Origin: a virus
Length of the DNA: 64,000 nt
Direction: 5' to 3' (one strand)
Virus record (IMG/VR): IMGVR_UViG_3300020394_000003
Span: 32,001 to 96,000 of that record
Within the stretch, counting starts at the first letter, position 1, and each line of letters starts with the position of its first letter. Made by a program: the position numbers and the translations under genes. Under the pieces are notes generated by a model that saw nothing but the letters and a program-made list of their open reading frames with translations, made no database searches and was not told the DNA's origin. Of the stretch, positions 9,573 through 19,362 are shown in pieces.

Positions 9573-10862
9573 ATGGATTGGACCGTAAAAGATAGATCAG
9601 TAAAAGAAAAATCACCATCACCGAAGGGCCATCTCCGCGAAGCCGTCGGGCAAAAAAAATGGAATCACTCGGCGAGGGACATCCCTGTAGATAAGTTGGG
9701 TGTTTCAATGGCCAATGGTATAGAGGATGATCATGATTTAAAATACAGAAACATTGACATTAACAATGCTTTACAAGAAGCTCAAGCGTGGGGTGATGGA
9801 AATCGTCTATATGGAAAGATCTGGCACAAGCACACACGGCAAGTTTTAACAAATCTTTTTTCCTCTGGCGAAGCCGGCCATGGTCACTTACAGACGATGG
9901 TAAGACAGTACATAAGAAGGCACCCATCAGCGGTTCATGAAAATATCTGGTTTGACCAGTTGCATCAAAAAATATTTAGCAACGCTCAAACATATTGCTC
10001 GGGCCTAGATCCTATTGAACATAGCTTTTGTTCACCTCGACAAAGTTTTGCAAATCAAACTTGGAACTCAATTGCATCAGAAATGGGCAGAATGATAGAA
10101 AATATGGTAGTTGCCTATAACGCGAAAGGTCAGGTACCTAGTGCTGATGGTGTTACTTCTGACGATATTAATGAAGGCCGTTGTTATGGAGACTTAGTAT
10201 TTCCTGATTTAAGAATTGGTCTATGTCCTGCGGTTACTGGGTTGGCTAATCAAGATAGTGTTTTGATTATCGGTGGAGGGCCATCGACTAATAATATTGA
10301 TTTTTCACAGTTTCAAGATATACCTGTATGGACAATGAATAATTATTATAAGAATCCTTTGTTTGATCAATTTAACAACATTCAGGTTGCCTCTTTTTTA
10401 GATGAGGTTGATGTGTTTTACAATGATCCACTATGGGAGTATGTAAACGATAGAGATACTATCGTACTGCAGGAGATTACAGACTGGGGAACTGAACGAT
10501 TGTCTTATGTCAAAGAAGCAGCGAATTATTCAAGCTACTTTCATACTAGATATAGAAGCAAGCTCGGTATTGGACCTCGCTTGATGATTACTGCAATTAT
10601 TCTGGGGATTAGAAATATTTATTTTTGTGGTTTTGACGGCTACAATACTGAAGATGTTTCCAATAATCATTCATTTGAGTTAGGAAAAGACCTTCCAAAT
10701 TGGATTAAAAACTCTGATCCGGGCACACAAGAGAGACAATATGTGATGCTTTTCGACTATTTGTTAAATGATTTAAAATTGTCTCGGAGTTTTAAATTAC
10801 ATGACCTTTCAGCAGGACAGCCCACATTACAATATGAATTTTTAAGACAGATAATCAGATGA
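9573..10862 (+). CDS. Unknown N-terminal domain plus Cst-II/GT42-like sialyltransferase domain
   Basis: C-terminal half VLIIGGGPSTNNIDFS..VWTMNNYY ... AIILGIRNIYFCGFDGY..HSF parallels Cst-II (IIAGNGPS..IDYS..FRCNQFY ... ALGYKEIYLSGIDFY). Lies between neuB and neuA. Confidence 0.65.
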   Translation: MDWTVKDRSVKEKSPSPKGHLREAVGQKKWNHSARDIPVDKLGVSMANGIEDDHDLKYRNIDINNALQEAQAWGDGNRLYGKIWHKHTRQVLTNLFSSGEAGHGHLQTMVRQYIRRHPSAVHENIWFDQLHQKIFSNAQTYCSGLDPIEHSFCSPRQSFANQTWNSIASEMGRMIENMVVAYNAKGQVPSADGVTSDDINEGRCYGDLVFPDLRIGLCPAVTGLANQDSVLIIGGGPSTNNIDFSQFQDIPVWTMNNYYKNPLFDQFNNIQVASFLDEVDVFYNDPLWEYVNDRDTIVLQEITDWGTERLSYVKEAANYSSYFHTRYRSKLGIGPRLMITAIILGIRNIYFCGFDGYNTEDVSNNHSFELGKDLPNWIKNSDPGTQERQYVMLFDYLLNDLKLSRSFKLHDLSAGQPTLQYEFLRQIIR

Positions 10863-11536
10863 AAAATGTAGAAGATATAGCCGTCGTAATCCAAGCAAGA
10901 TTAGGCTCACAAAGAGTCCCGCAAAAGATGATCAGATCTATTGCGGGAACTACTTTAACAGACATCGCGCTAGAAAAGATTAAAAAATGTACAAGTTTTC
11001 CACAAGAAAACTTTTATTTGTCCGTGCATGAACCTGAACTGCTTAAAATTGGCGAGAAACATAATGTTAATATTTATCGTCGAACAGAAAAATCAGCCAA
11101 GTCAGAAGGCACACCTATGACAGATATGTACGAATGGTGGGATAAATTACCTCATAAATATTGTGTGCTAGTAAATGCTTGTGCTCCGTTCCTAACTTCA
11201 AAAACAATCGACGCGTTTGTCAGAGCATACTCTTACACAGAATCAGATGGAATGTTTGGCGTAATTAGAAAAAAGAATTACTTTTGGAATTTTAACAAGG
11301 ATCTGATAACTCCATTAACGGAAGCAGTAATGAATACCAAGACAGTCGCACCGGTGTATGAAGCGGCACATTGCCTTTATGCCGGCCGCCTAGACAAAAT
11401 TGGAGAAGGGATATGGATGGGAGATTTTAATACTCCCGGTGATATTAAGTTGTTTCATATGGAAGAACAGGAAGTTTTTGATATTGATTATGAGTGGCAA
11501 TTTACAATGGCTGAAAGCTTGATGGAGACAAAGTGA
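10859..11536 (+). CDS. neuA: CMP-nonulosonate synthetase (acylneuraminate cytidylyltransferase)
   Basis: VIQARLGSQRVPQKMIR; NACAPFL; FDIDYEWQF..AE. Confidence 0.88.
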   Translation: MKNVEDIAVVIQARLGSQRVPQKMIRSIAGTTLTDIALEKIKKCTSFPQENFYLSVHEPELLKIGEKHNVNIYRRTEKSAKSEGTPMTDMYEWWDKLPHKYCVLVNACAPFLTSKTIDAFVRAYSYTESDGMFGVIRKKNYFWNFNKDLITPLTEAVMNTKTVAPVYEAAHCLYAGRLDKIGEGIWMGDFNTPGDIKLFHMEEQEVFDIDYEWQFTMAESLMETK

Positions 11537-12321
11537 CAAATTTGCCTCCTAGTAAAGAAGAAGTTAGAAAATTTATGGACACCATTGACCTACCGCCCAA
11601 GCCCCGCGGTAGAGGAATAATGGAGGTTTTATTAACAAAATATTATAATGACTTTCAGACAGTGTTAGATGTTGGTTCTGGAGGCGGTCATCACATTAGG
11701 ACCTTTAAGCACTTTGGCAAAGATACATTTGCATGCGATATGTCAGAACACAGGAACCCTGATTATCTAGGAAATTTTTTAGAAATTAGTTCTCAGATTC
11801 CAGATGGCCATTTCGATTGTGTATGGTGCAGCCATACTTTGGAGCATCAAATAAATGTTGGCGTGTTTTTAAAGGAACTGAAAAGAATTATCAGAGATGA
11901 TGGTATCCTAGCTTTGACTGTACCTCCAGCTAAGCATATGATTGTCCCGGGCCACTTATGCATCTGGAACGGTGGGCTGTTATTATACAACCTTGTCACA
12001 GTGGGCTTCGACTGCTCAGAGGCTATTGTGAGGGATCATAAACCGTCGGCTTACATTGACAGCAAAGGTCGTGAGTCAATTAAACCATATGACGTGTCTG
12101 TGCTAGTAAAAAAGAAAGACATCAATTGGAGTCCAAAAGTATTAGATGCACTACCTAGGGTAATTGAGTTTTCCGATGCAACAGTTCATGATGGAATCTT
12201 GTATATGAGTGGAAAGGGTATGATTAATATTAAGAAATTTTTTCCAAAAGATATCAAGTGGATCAGAAAAGGAAAACAGGGAGATATCCAGCTTGATGGA
12301 AGGGTGGGCAATATAGGTTGA
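11533..12321 (+). CDS. Class I SAM-dependent methyltransferase
   Basis: VLDVGSGGG; FDCVWCSHTLEH; L..DGILALTVP. Confidence 0.88.
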   Translation: MTNLPPSKEEVRKFMDTIDLPPKPRGRGIMEVLLTKYYNDFQTVLDVGSGGGHHIRTFKHFGKDTFACDMSEHRNPDYLGNFLEISSQIPDGHFDCVWCSHTLEHQINVGVFLKELKRIIRDDGILALTVPPAKHMIVPGHLCIWNGGLLLYNLVTVGFDCSEAIVRDHKPSAYIDSKGRESIKPYDVSVLVKKKDINWSPKVLDALPRVIEFSDATVHDGILYMSGKGMINIKKFFPKDIKWIRKGKQGDIQLDGRVGNIG

Positions 12322-12324
12322 GCG

Positions 12325-13134
12325 ATGAAAAAAAAGTTATGTTATATAATACCTTGTTTATATACGAAACAAAATGGGTTTCACATATTTAACTGCGTCA
12401 AATCTGTTAGAAAACAGTTTTCAAAAGTTGATATCTATGTGGTTGACAGCGGCTCATCTGACACTAGCTATCTTAATGTTTTAAAAAAGAAATATGACAT
12501 TATTCCTTTAGATGTGAAAAACAAAAACTTTCCTACTGGTGCCTTGTGGTATGTATACGAGTCAACAAAGGATCAATATGAAAATTACTTTTTACTACAT
12601 GATTCCACAATCATTAAGCAACGAGCTAGGATTGATGAAATTCTACAGGAAGATTACAAAGTGGCCCCAATAACAACATACGAAAAATGGAGTTGGCCAA
12701 AAAAAGACCGTTATGATGATAAATCAAGATCAAGCGCATGGCCCCGAAAGAAGTTTAGAGAAAATGAATTAGAATTTCCAAAAAATAAAAAATTTCTTTC
12801 TATTTTAGGGCCAATGTTTATGATATCGAAAGAGGTACTAGATGAAATTAGTAATACTACATTTTATAATATAAGGCCTAAAATCAAGTATCATTCAATA
12901 TGTATGGAAATTTTGTGGGCCTACACATTCCAGCAGCTTGGGTATAAAGAAAACATGCTTAAATATTCAATTATGCGACCAGAGCTTAAATCAGACGGTA
13001 GAAAAATATATGTTAAAGATAGCAGATATGGTGTGCCTGATCTAAATATCGATACTGAACAGCACAGATGCAAGACTCATGAAGAGCATGATTTTGATAA
13101 CACATTGCAAAAATTTTGGGCAACTAGGCAATAA
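12325..13134 (+). CDS. GT2-like (GT-A) glycosyltransferase
   Basis: YIIPC; IYVVDSGSSD; FLLHDS. Confidence 0.65.
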   Translation: MKKKLCYIIPCLYTKQNGFHIFNCVKSVRKQFSKVDIYVVDSGSSDTSYLNVLKKKYDIIPLDVKNKNFPTGALWYVYESTKDQYENYFLLHDSTIIKQRARIDEILQEDYKVAPITTYEKWSWPKKDRYDDKSRSSAWPRKKFRENELEFPKNKKFLSILGPMFMISKEVLDEISNTTFYNIRPKIKYHSICMEILWAYTFQQLGYKENMLKYSIMRPELKSDGRKIYVKDSRYGVPDLNIDTEQHRCKTHEEHDFDNTLQKFWATRQ

Positions 13135-13135
13135 G

Positions 13136-13753
13136 ATGAACAGTATAAGATTAGTAATTTTTGATTTAGATGGGGTAATTGTTGATGCGTGCGAATGGCA
13201 TCGAGTTGCACTAAATAAAGCACTAGCAGAAGTATGCGATTACACAATTTCAATGGAAGACCATTACACTACTTTTAATGGAATTCCAACAAAAGTAAAG
13301 CTGTCAAAATTAACGGAAATGGGCATAGTAAAACCTGATCAGCATGAAGAAATTTATGATCGAAAACAACAACTAACAGTTGAAACAATTAATTTATCTG
13401 CACCAAGAAGGCAAGAAAAGATTGATTTAATTAAGTATCTGCGTGAGCAAGGGTGTTATGTCGCGTGTTATACAAACAGTATAAGAGAGACAGCTACACT
13501 GATGCTTGACAAGACTGGTGTGCTAGAGCAGATGGATTATTTACTAACAAATCAAGACGTTGAAAACTCAAAACCACACCCGGAAGGGTATAACTTTTTA
13601 GTTGAAAAATTCAATTTAAAAAAGCATCAAGTGCTAATTATAGAAGATTCTCCAAAGGGTAAGCAGGCTGCATATGCATCTGGATGCAATGTATTAGAAG
13701 TAAAGGATCCCGATGAGGTAACGATTGACACATTAAGGGAGTATTTTGAATGA
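13136..13753 (+). CDS. HAD-family phosphatase (beta-PGM-like)
   Basis: IFDLDGVIVD; TNS; KPHPEGY; IEDSPKG. Start moved to the in-frame ATG just after the upstream stop. Confidence 0.88.
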   Translation: MNSIRLVIFDLDGVIVDACEWHRVALNKALAEVCDYTISMEDHYTTFNGIPTKVKLSKLTEMGIVKPDQHEEIYDRKQQLTVETINLSAPRRQEKIDLIKYLREQGCYVACYTNSIRETATLMLDKTGVLEQMDYLLTNQDVENSKPHPEGYNFLVEKFNLKKHQVLIIEDSPKGKQAAYASGCNVLEVKDPDEVTIDTLREYFE

Positions 13754-14466
13754 AGATTTTAATTCCAATGGCAGGCGAAGGAAGTCGTTTTGCTAAAGAA
13801 GGGTATACCTTTCCTAAGCCGCTTATTGATGTACGCGGCAAACCCATGATACAGACAGTAGTGGAAAACTTGGATTTTGATTCCGAGTATGTTTTTCTAG
13901 TAAGAAAAAAACATATTGAACAATACACTGGCTTGTTAGATACGCTAGACAGAATTACAAACGGTCGATTTAACTATGTTGAAGTTGATGGACTAACAGA
14001 GGGTGCTGCCTGCACTGCGCTTTTGGCTGAAAAATATATTGATAACGACGAAGGGTTGCTGATTGCCAACTCCGATCAGTTTATCTCATATGAACCAGAA
14101 AACTTTAATACCATCAAGAGTTTAACTAATGTTGATTCTATCGTATTTACATTTAATGATGTACACCCAAAGTGGTCATTTGTAAAAACAAACTCTCGTG
14201 GATTTATCACTGAAGTCGCCGAAAAAAAGCCAATTTCAAATATTGCAACTTGTGGAATTTATTGGTATAGGCGTGGTTCTGACTTTGTAAAGTATGCCAA
14301 ACAGATGATTGATAAAGATATCAGAGTCAATAATGAGTTTTACATCGCACCAGTGTATAATGAACTGATAGGTGATGGCAAGTCATTGATTCCTTTTTAT
14401 GTTAGTGAGATGTGGGGACTAGGAACACCTGAAGACCTCAAGCGATTTTTAGAGAATCATAGATGA
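13750..14466 (+). CDS. Sugar-phosphate nucleotidyltransferase (capsule-locus type)
   Basis: LIPMAGEGSRF...PKPLI; TEGAACT; ANSDQ; EKKPIS; NNEFYIAPVYN; GLGTPEDL. Confidence 0.88.
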   Translation: MKILIPMAGEGSRFAKEGYTFPKPLIDVRGKPMIQTVVENLDFDSEYVFLVRKKHIEQYTGLLDTLDRITNGRFNYVEVDGLTEGAACTALLAEKYIDNDEGLLIANSDQFISYEPENFNTIKSLTNVDSIVFTFNDVHPKWSFVKTNSRGFITEVAEKKPISNIATCGIYWYRRGSDFVKYAKQMIDKDIRVNNEFYIAPVYNELIGDGKSLIPFYVSEMWGLGTPEDLKRFLENHR

Positions 14467-15299
14467 AGATAAAAATTTATATAGTAACATATAATAACGC
14501 TGAAGATATCAATAACAATTTAAGAATGCTGCTTGATAGTGATCTGAGTGGCCACGAAGTAGAAATTAACGTTATCAACAATCATTCGAATCTTCACATA
14601 AAAGAAGAATATTTAGAGCGAATTAATATTTTACATAATACACTTAGGCCGGACTTCAGCACAGGTCACTTGTCTAGAAATTGGAATCAAGCAATTATAA
14701 ACGGCTTTAAAGACCTGAATGAACCAGACTGCGATATTCTAATTCACACTCAGGATGATGTTGTGTGGAGTAAGGATTGGCTAAAACACACGATTGAGGT
14801 ACACAAGGAGTACACTTTCTTCAGTGGTCAGGTTGGGGACGCATTTTGTAGCTATACTGCCGAAGGCGTAAAAAACATTGGACTTTGGGATGAAAGGTTC
14901 TGTAATATAATGTATCAAGAATTCGATTACTTTTTAAGAGCATTGCTTTACAATAGAGAAAAGTCGAGTATAAATTCTTATGTTTATATGCCGGTAACAG
15001 GTGAAAGAAAGATTGATCTGTTGCTAAATCCCATAGAAGACATAGAAAAAAAGTTTCCTAGGAGACCGGACAGAAACCTAGAACGAGAAGCTGCGCATAC
15101 TAAATCGGGTAGATGGATAAAACAATCTAAATTATTATTTCGTGAAAAATGGGGAATACAACACCCACGACCAGTGTTTCAGGATAATGCTAAAATTGGA
15201 AAACCATCTGTGAAAAACTTCATATACTATCCTTATTTTGAGAAAGACATATATGAACTAGATAAGAAAAATTATGTGGCAGACCTATCAAAAAAATGA
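14463..15299 (+). CDS. GT2-like glycosyltransferase, paralog A
   Basis: IYIVTYN; VINNHS; RNWNQAI; QDD; IGLWDERF; EFDY. Confidence 0.75.
   Translation: MKIKIYIVTYNNAEDINNNLRMLLDSDLSGHEVEINVINNHSNLHIKEEYLERINILHNTLRPDFSTGHLSRNWNQAIINGFKDLNEPDCDILIHTQDDVVWSKDWLKHTIEVHKEYTFFSGQVGDAFCSYTAEGVKNIGLWDERFCNIMYQEFDYFLRALLYNREKSSINSYVYMPVTGERKIDLLLNPIEDIEKKFPRRPDRNLEREAAHTKSGRWIKQSKLLFREKWGIQHPRPVFQDNAKIGKPSVKNFIYYPYFEKDIYELDKKNYVADLSKK
14676..14701 (+). repeat. 26-nt exact direct repeat shared by the two GT2 paralogs (second copy 17139-17164)
   Basis: AGAAATTGGAATCAAGCAATTATAAA occurs in both genes, within longer near-identical stretches. Confidence 0.85.
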
Positions 15300-16111
15300 A
15301 ATATTTCAATAGTATGGGTGAGGTCGAAGAACACCGAAAAACAAATCCAGACATACCAATCTGGCAAATAGTATGTGATACACCGCATGCAAAAAACATT
15401 CATCTAAACCCGAATATACCCGTAGGGGTGAGGGATGGATACTACCCACTTGCGGTTGCAGCATCTGTCAATGAAATATACACACTAGTTAACAGCTATC
15501 ACATTATCGGTAAAGAGATAACAGTATTAGAGCACCATGTGGAACAGCTAGCTAAACCTTTGGAGTATGACAATAAATACAGCCATCCAAAAATGAAAGT
15601 AAACAAAGACATTATAGATCCTCTAAGATTTTGTATAGACCTAGATATTTTTGAAAAAGATCTCGCGGGGAACACACCAGATGAAATTGCAAAGCAAAAA
15701 ATAGATAAGATAATCTCAATTTTAAAAAAGAAAAGCGTCTTGTCTGAAATGCAAGATTTCATAGTCTTAAGCTCTCCGTTTGATAAGCAGCGTAAAAAAT
15801 ATAGCTTTCATATAATTTTGGCAAAAAAAAATTTACTAGTTAAGAATCAATATTCTTTTTTAAAGCTACTGAAAGAAGTAAAGCAGCAAGATAGTAGAAT
15901 AGATAAAATGTTTCCGGGGTTTATAACTAGAGTTTACAAAACAGGAAAATATCCGATGAACCAAAGCAAAGGAAGAATTTTTAGCTGCTATACCGGCATT
16001 CCTGAGACAAAAACATCAGACGCGTTTGATAGTGATAGACATTTTTTTGAGCACACATTAATGTACGCACACGATTACCATAATGATAGTGAGGCATATG
16101 TATTGTTATGA
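15296..16111 (+). CDS. Putative archaeo-eukaryotic primase (PrimPol-like) fold protein
   Basis: LRFCIDLD (hhhDhD), KKYSFHII (SxH) and IDKM....RVYKTGK (compare PrimPol VDLGVY...FRLYKSSK), in the correct order. Confidence 0.55.
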   Translation: MKYFNSMGEVEEHRKTNPDIPIWQIVCDTPHAKNIHLNPNIPVGVRDGYYPLAVAASVNEIYTLVNSYHIIGKEITVLEHHVEQLAKPLEYDNKYSHPKMKVNKDIIDPLRFCIDLDIFEKDLAGNTPDEIAKQKIDKIISILKKKSVLSEMQDFIVLSSPFDKQRKKYSFHIILAKKNLLVKNQYSFLKLLKEVKQQDSRIDKMFPGFITRVYKTGKYPMNQSKGRIFSCYTGIPETKTSDAFDSDRHFFEHTLMYAHDYHNDSEAYVLL

Positions 16112-16929
16112 AAGAATATCACGCATTTTGTCTTTGGAGAGAACATAAAGAACTTAGAGAACTGATATACAAATCTTTTAAGGTAGTGGAGTCAAAAAAG
16201 TATGATTTGGCTCCCGAAGTAAGAGCCAAAAAGGTCAGAGATATATATGAAATATTTATCGTTGCTGAGGATGAGAGAATCTGGTCCAAACACCCAATAG
16301 AGATAATTGTTGTTGAAGTTGACGCTGAATACGGAATAAGAACCACAGGGGGTACAAAGAATACTAGGTTTGTTAACACTGAAGTTTTTGACTTTAAAAC
16401 AAACTCAAGAAAAAAATTAGGAATAAATTTTAGATATATTCACGCTACAGATCACGTTTTAGAATCAAACAAAGTTTTTAAGTCTTTTGAGTTACCACAA
16501 TACATAACAGATTTTACAATGGTTAATTTAAGAGAAGCTAGGGCTGTAAAGTGGCACGTTAACCCTTTTAAGCTGGGCCTTAAAGCATATGAAAATACTG
16601 AAAATTACGATTTTTTAAAAATTACTGAATGTCCTCACTACAATTTTTTACAAGGCCAAAAAGATGAATACTTGAAATATGTAAAAAAAATAGATACTGT
16701 GCATAGTGATGCTGATCGATATAGAAAATTAATAGAAAAATTTGATTATAAGAAATACAATTCAAGTGAAAAAAAAGATCTGATACAAGTCTCGTATATC
16801 GACGAAAAGCCAGTAATAATTGACGGTCTTCACCGAGCTAGTATTTTAATATACAATTATCAGCAGCTAGATGATATAGTAGTAAGGGTAAGAATAAATG
16901 ATAATCATCAATATAGGAACAAGAAGTGA
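16108..16929 (+). CDS. Hypothetical protein with C-terminal ParB/Srx-like motif
   Basis: VIIDGLHRASIL (ParB-type DGxHR); the N-terminal half ends in YIHATDHVLE. Confidence 0.5.
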   Translation: MKEYHAFCLWREHKELRELIYKSFKVVESKKYDLAPEVRAKKVRDIYEIFIVAEDERIWSKHPIEIIVVEVDAEYGIRTTGGTKNTRFVNTEVFDFKTNSRKKLGINFRYIHATDHVLESNKVFKSFELPQYITDFTMVNLREARAVKWHVNPFKLGLKAYENTENYDFLKITECPHYNFLQGQKDEYLKYVKKIDTVHSDADRYRKLIEKFDYKKYNSSEKKDLIQVSYIDEKPVIIDGLHRASILIYNYQQLDDIVVRVRINDNHQYRNKK

Positions 16930-17792
16930 AAATAAAAATATACATTGTTACCTACAAGAACCCTCCTGATCTTAATAGAAACCTTAAATCCATATTTGAA
17001 TCAGATTGGCGAGATTATGATGTCAGCATTAACGTAATCAATAATCATTCTGATTTTCATTTGGATTCCAAATACGAAAAAAAAGTAAATATAATTCACA
17101 ATTCTTTACGTCCCGACTGGAGCACAGGTCACCTAGCAAGAAATTGGAATCAAGCAATTATAAATGGATTTAAAAGTCTAACAAATCCAGACTGTGATAT
17201 CTTGATTCACTGCCAAGACGACAACACATGGTCTAAAGAATGGCTAACAAAATTGGTTGAAATTCACACAAAGTATACATTTTTTACTGGGCAGGCTGGC
17301 GATGCGATGTGTAGTTACACACCGGAAGCTGTGCGGCGAATTGGTCTTTGGGACGAAAGGTTTTGCAGTATTGGGTTTCAAGAATTTGATTACTACACTA
17401 GAGCATATCTGTATAATAAGAACATGTCTAGTATAAATGCTAAGACTAACTTGCTTAATAGCATGCCTGACGTTCAAAGGTATTTCCCGTACAGACCAGA
17501 TAGAAACTCAGAAAGAGAAGCGGAGCATGTACGATCTTCTTCTTATCATACTATAAACTGGAATTTATTAAAATCAAAATGGCTTCCCGATAATATTGCT
17601 GTGGAGCCAAAACAATACTGGAAAACGTTCTTGCAAAACTCAAAAAATATAAAACATTCTAGGGTGCCAAATTATGTATTCTATCCGTATTTTGAAAAAG
17701 ATGTATACAGGCTAAAAGAAAAGAATTATGTAAACATACCAGACACTAATTCGGACGAGGGACAAAAGCTAGCTGGAGTAAAGAAGAAATGA
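16926..17792 (+). CDS. GT2-like glycosyltransferase, paralog B
   Basis: Close paralog of 14463-15299 (MKIKIYIVTY, STGHL.RNWNQAIINGFK, PDCDILIH.QDD, IGLWDERFC, YPYFEKD). Confidence 0.75.
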   Translation: MKIKIYIVTYKNPPDLNRNLKSIFESDWRDYDVSINVINNHSDFHLDSKYEKKVNIIHNSLRPDWSTGHLARNWNQAIINGFKSLTNPDCDILIHCQDDNTWSKEWLTKLVEIHTKYTFFTGQAGDAMCSYTPEAVRRIGLWDERFCSIGFQEFDYYTRAYLYNKNMSSINAKTNLLNSMPDVQRYFPYRPDRNSEREAEHVRSSSYHTINWNLLKSKWLPDNIAVEPKQYWKTFLQNSKNIKHSRVPNYVFYPYFEKDVYRLKEKNYVNIPDTNSDEGQKLAGVKKK

Positions 17793-18586
17793 ACACTCTT
17801 TGTTATATTTTTCATGTGCATAATACTTTTGGAAAACGGCATATTGATATGGCGCTAGAAAGTATTGCAAATCAGGTAGGTGCACCACCCCGGTTCAAAA
17901 CCTTTATTGTATACAATGTCTCGGACGCTATTGACAACGATTATATCGAAAACAAATATGAAGAATATAACCTAAATTTAAGATTTGAAAACTTTGAAAT
18001 ATTTGAAGTTACCAAAAGAACAGAGTCAGTCAGTGAAGACTTCAGAATTCACGTAAAAGAAATTAGCGGTTACGATTGGTATATGGTTCACAAATCGGAC
18101 TTTTATTTACCAAATAGTTTATTCTCCCAAGTTAATCAAAAGATGCTAGCATGCAATAGTAGCACAGAAGCAGAGTATATTAATTTTTCTAAGTTTGATC
18201 TTAGAGAATATGTTACTGCGAAAGATATAAGAACAATGGCAGAGTTTCCTACCTTTGAATCTCTTTCTGCACAAAAATATGCTTGTCATTCTGATTATTA
18301 TTCTTCGCACAAATGGAGCCCTGAGTTATCTCTTGAACATATAGCAATTGGATATCGAGGTAGAAACAAAAAGGGCGAAAATATTTTTGATGGAGTAATG
18401 CATTATTATAATGAATCTGCGAGAAAGAAGATTCAGTTCAACAGCTACTGGGACTCGAAAGATATATTTGAAAATAGAAATCGTGGGATTAAGATGGAAA
18501 TAGACAGAAACCAATATGTTCTCCACATGTTTCATGACATCAATAGAGCAACTTCTCAGAAAAACACAGAAGGTCATAGGTTTTAA
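17789..18586 (+). CDS. Hypothetical protein, possibly a divergent GT-A glycosyltransferase
   Basis: ALESIANQ, FIVYN, HKSDFY and a terminal LHMFH resemble GT2 elements; glycan-cluster context. Confidence 0.4.
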   Translation: MNTLCYIFHVHNTFGKRHIDMALESIANQVGAPPRFKTFIVYNVSDAIDNDYIENKYEEYNLNLRFENFEIFEVTKRTESVSEDFRIHVKEISGYDWYMVHKSDFYLPNSLFSQVNQKMLACNSSTEAEYINFSKFDLREYVTAKDIRTMAEFPTFESLSAQKYACHSDYYSSHKWSPELSLEHIAIGYRGRNKKGENIFDGVMHYYNESARKKIQFNSYWDSKDIFENRNRGIKMEIDRNQYVLHMFHDINRATSQKNTEGHRF

Positions 18587-19021
18587 ATGATCCTAATCGC
18601 CCACAGAGGAAATATTGCTGGTCCTGTACCTAAATTAGAAAACAGACCAGAGTACCTTTCATTAGCCATTGGAAGTGGATATAGTGTAGAGGCAGATGTA
18701 TGGTACCATGACGGACAGATTTTTTTGGGACATGATGAGCCATCTTATCCAATATCATTGCAATTTTTACAAAATGAAGCTATTTGGTGTCATTGTAAAA
18801 ATGTGGAAGCAGCTAGGCTGTTAATTGACAATGATATTCATTGTTTTTACCACAACATTGATGATATAACCATAACGTCTAGGGGATATATCTGGACATA
18901 TCCAAACAAAAAACTGGTAGAACGCTCGGTATGTGTAATGCCCGAACTAGGGTACAGCGGAATTATTGAAAACTGCAGTGCAATATGCAGTGACTACATC
19001 GAAAAATACAAGGATTTATAA
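18587..19021 (+). CDS. Short glycerophosphodiester phosphodiesterase-like protein
   Basis: IAHRGN..EN; VEADVW; LGHD; HCKN. Confidence 0.75.
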   Translation: MILIAHRGNIAGPVPKLENRPEYLSLAIGSGYSVEADVWYHDGQIFLGHDEPSYPISLQFLQNEAIWCHCKNVEAARLLIDNDIHCFYHNIDDITITSRGYIWTYPNKKLVERSVCVMPELGYSGIIENCSAICSDYIEKYKDL

Positions 19022-19362
19022 TGTATACAGAAGAAAGACCATGGGGAATGTTTGAAAACTTGTTAGAATCTGAATACTGCAAAGTAAAAAGAATAACAGT
19101 AAACCCCGGTCAACGTTTGAGTTACCAATATCACCACAAGCGCTCAGAAGTGTGGACAATTGTGCAGGGTAAAGCTCTTATCACTCTTGATGATATAACC
19201 ACAAGATACAAAGCTGGGGACACCATTACGATTCCTACTAGTATGAAACATAGGATCGAGAACGACACAGAAGAGGCTGTAATCTTTATTGAAGTACAAC
19301 ATGGTGAATATTTTGGAGAAGATGATATTGTGAGGATTAGTGATGACTACAACAGATCCTAG
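19021..19362 (+). CDS. Mannose-6-phosphate isomerase type II C-terminal cupin
   Basis: ERPWG; LSYQYHHKRSEVW; HRIEN; IEVQHGEYFGEDDIVRISDDY. Confidence 0.9.
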   Translation: MYTEERPWGMFENLLESEYCKVKRITVNPGQRLSYQYHHKRSEVWTIVQGKALITLDDITTRYKAGDTITIPTSMKHRIENDTEEAVIFIEVQHGEYFGEDDIVRISDDYNRS

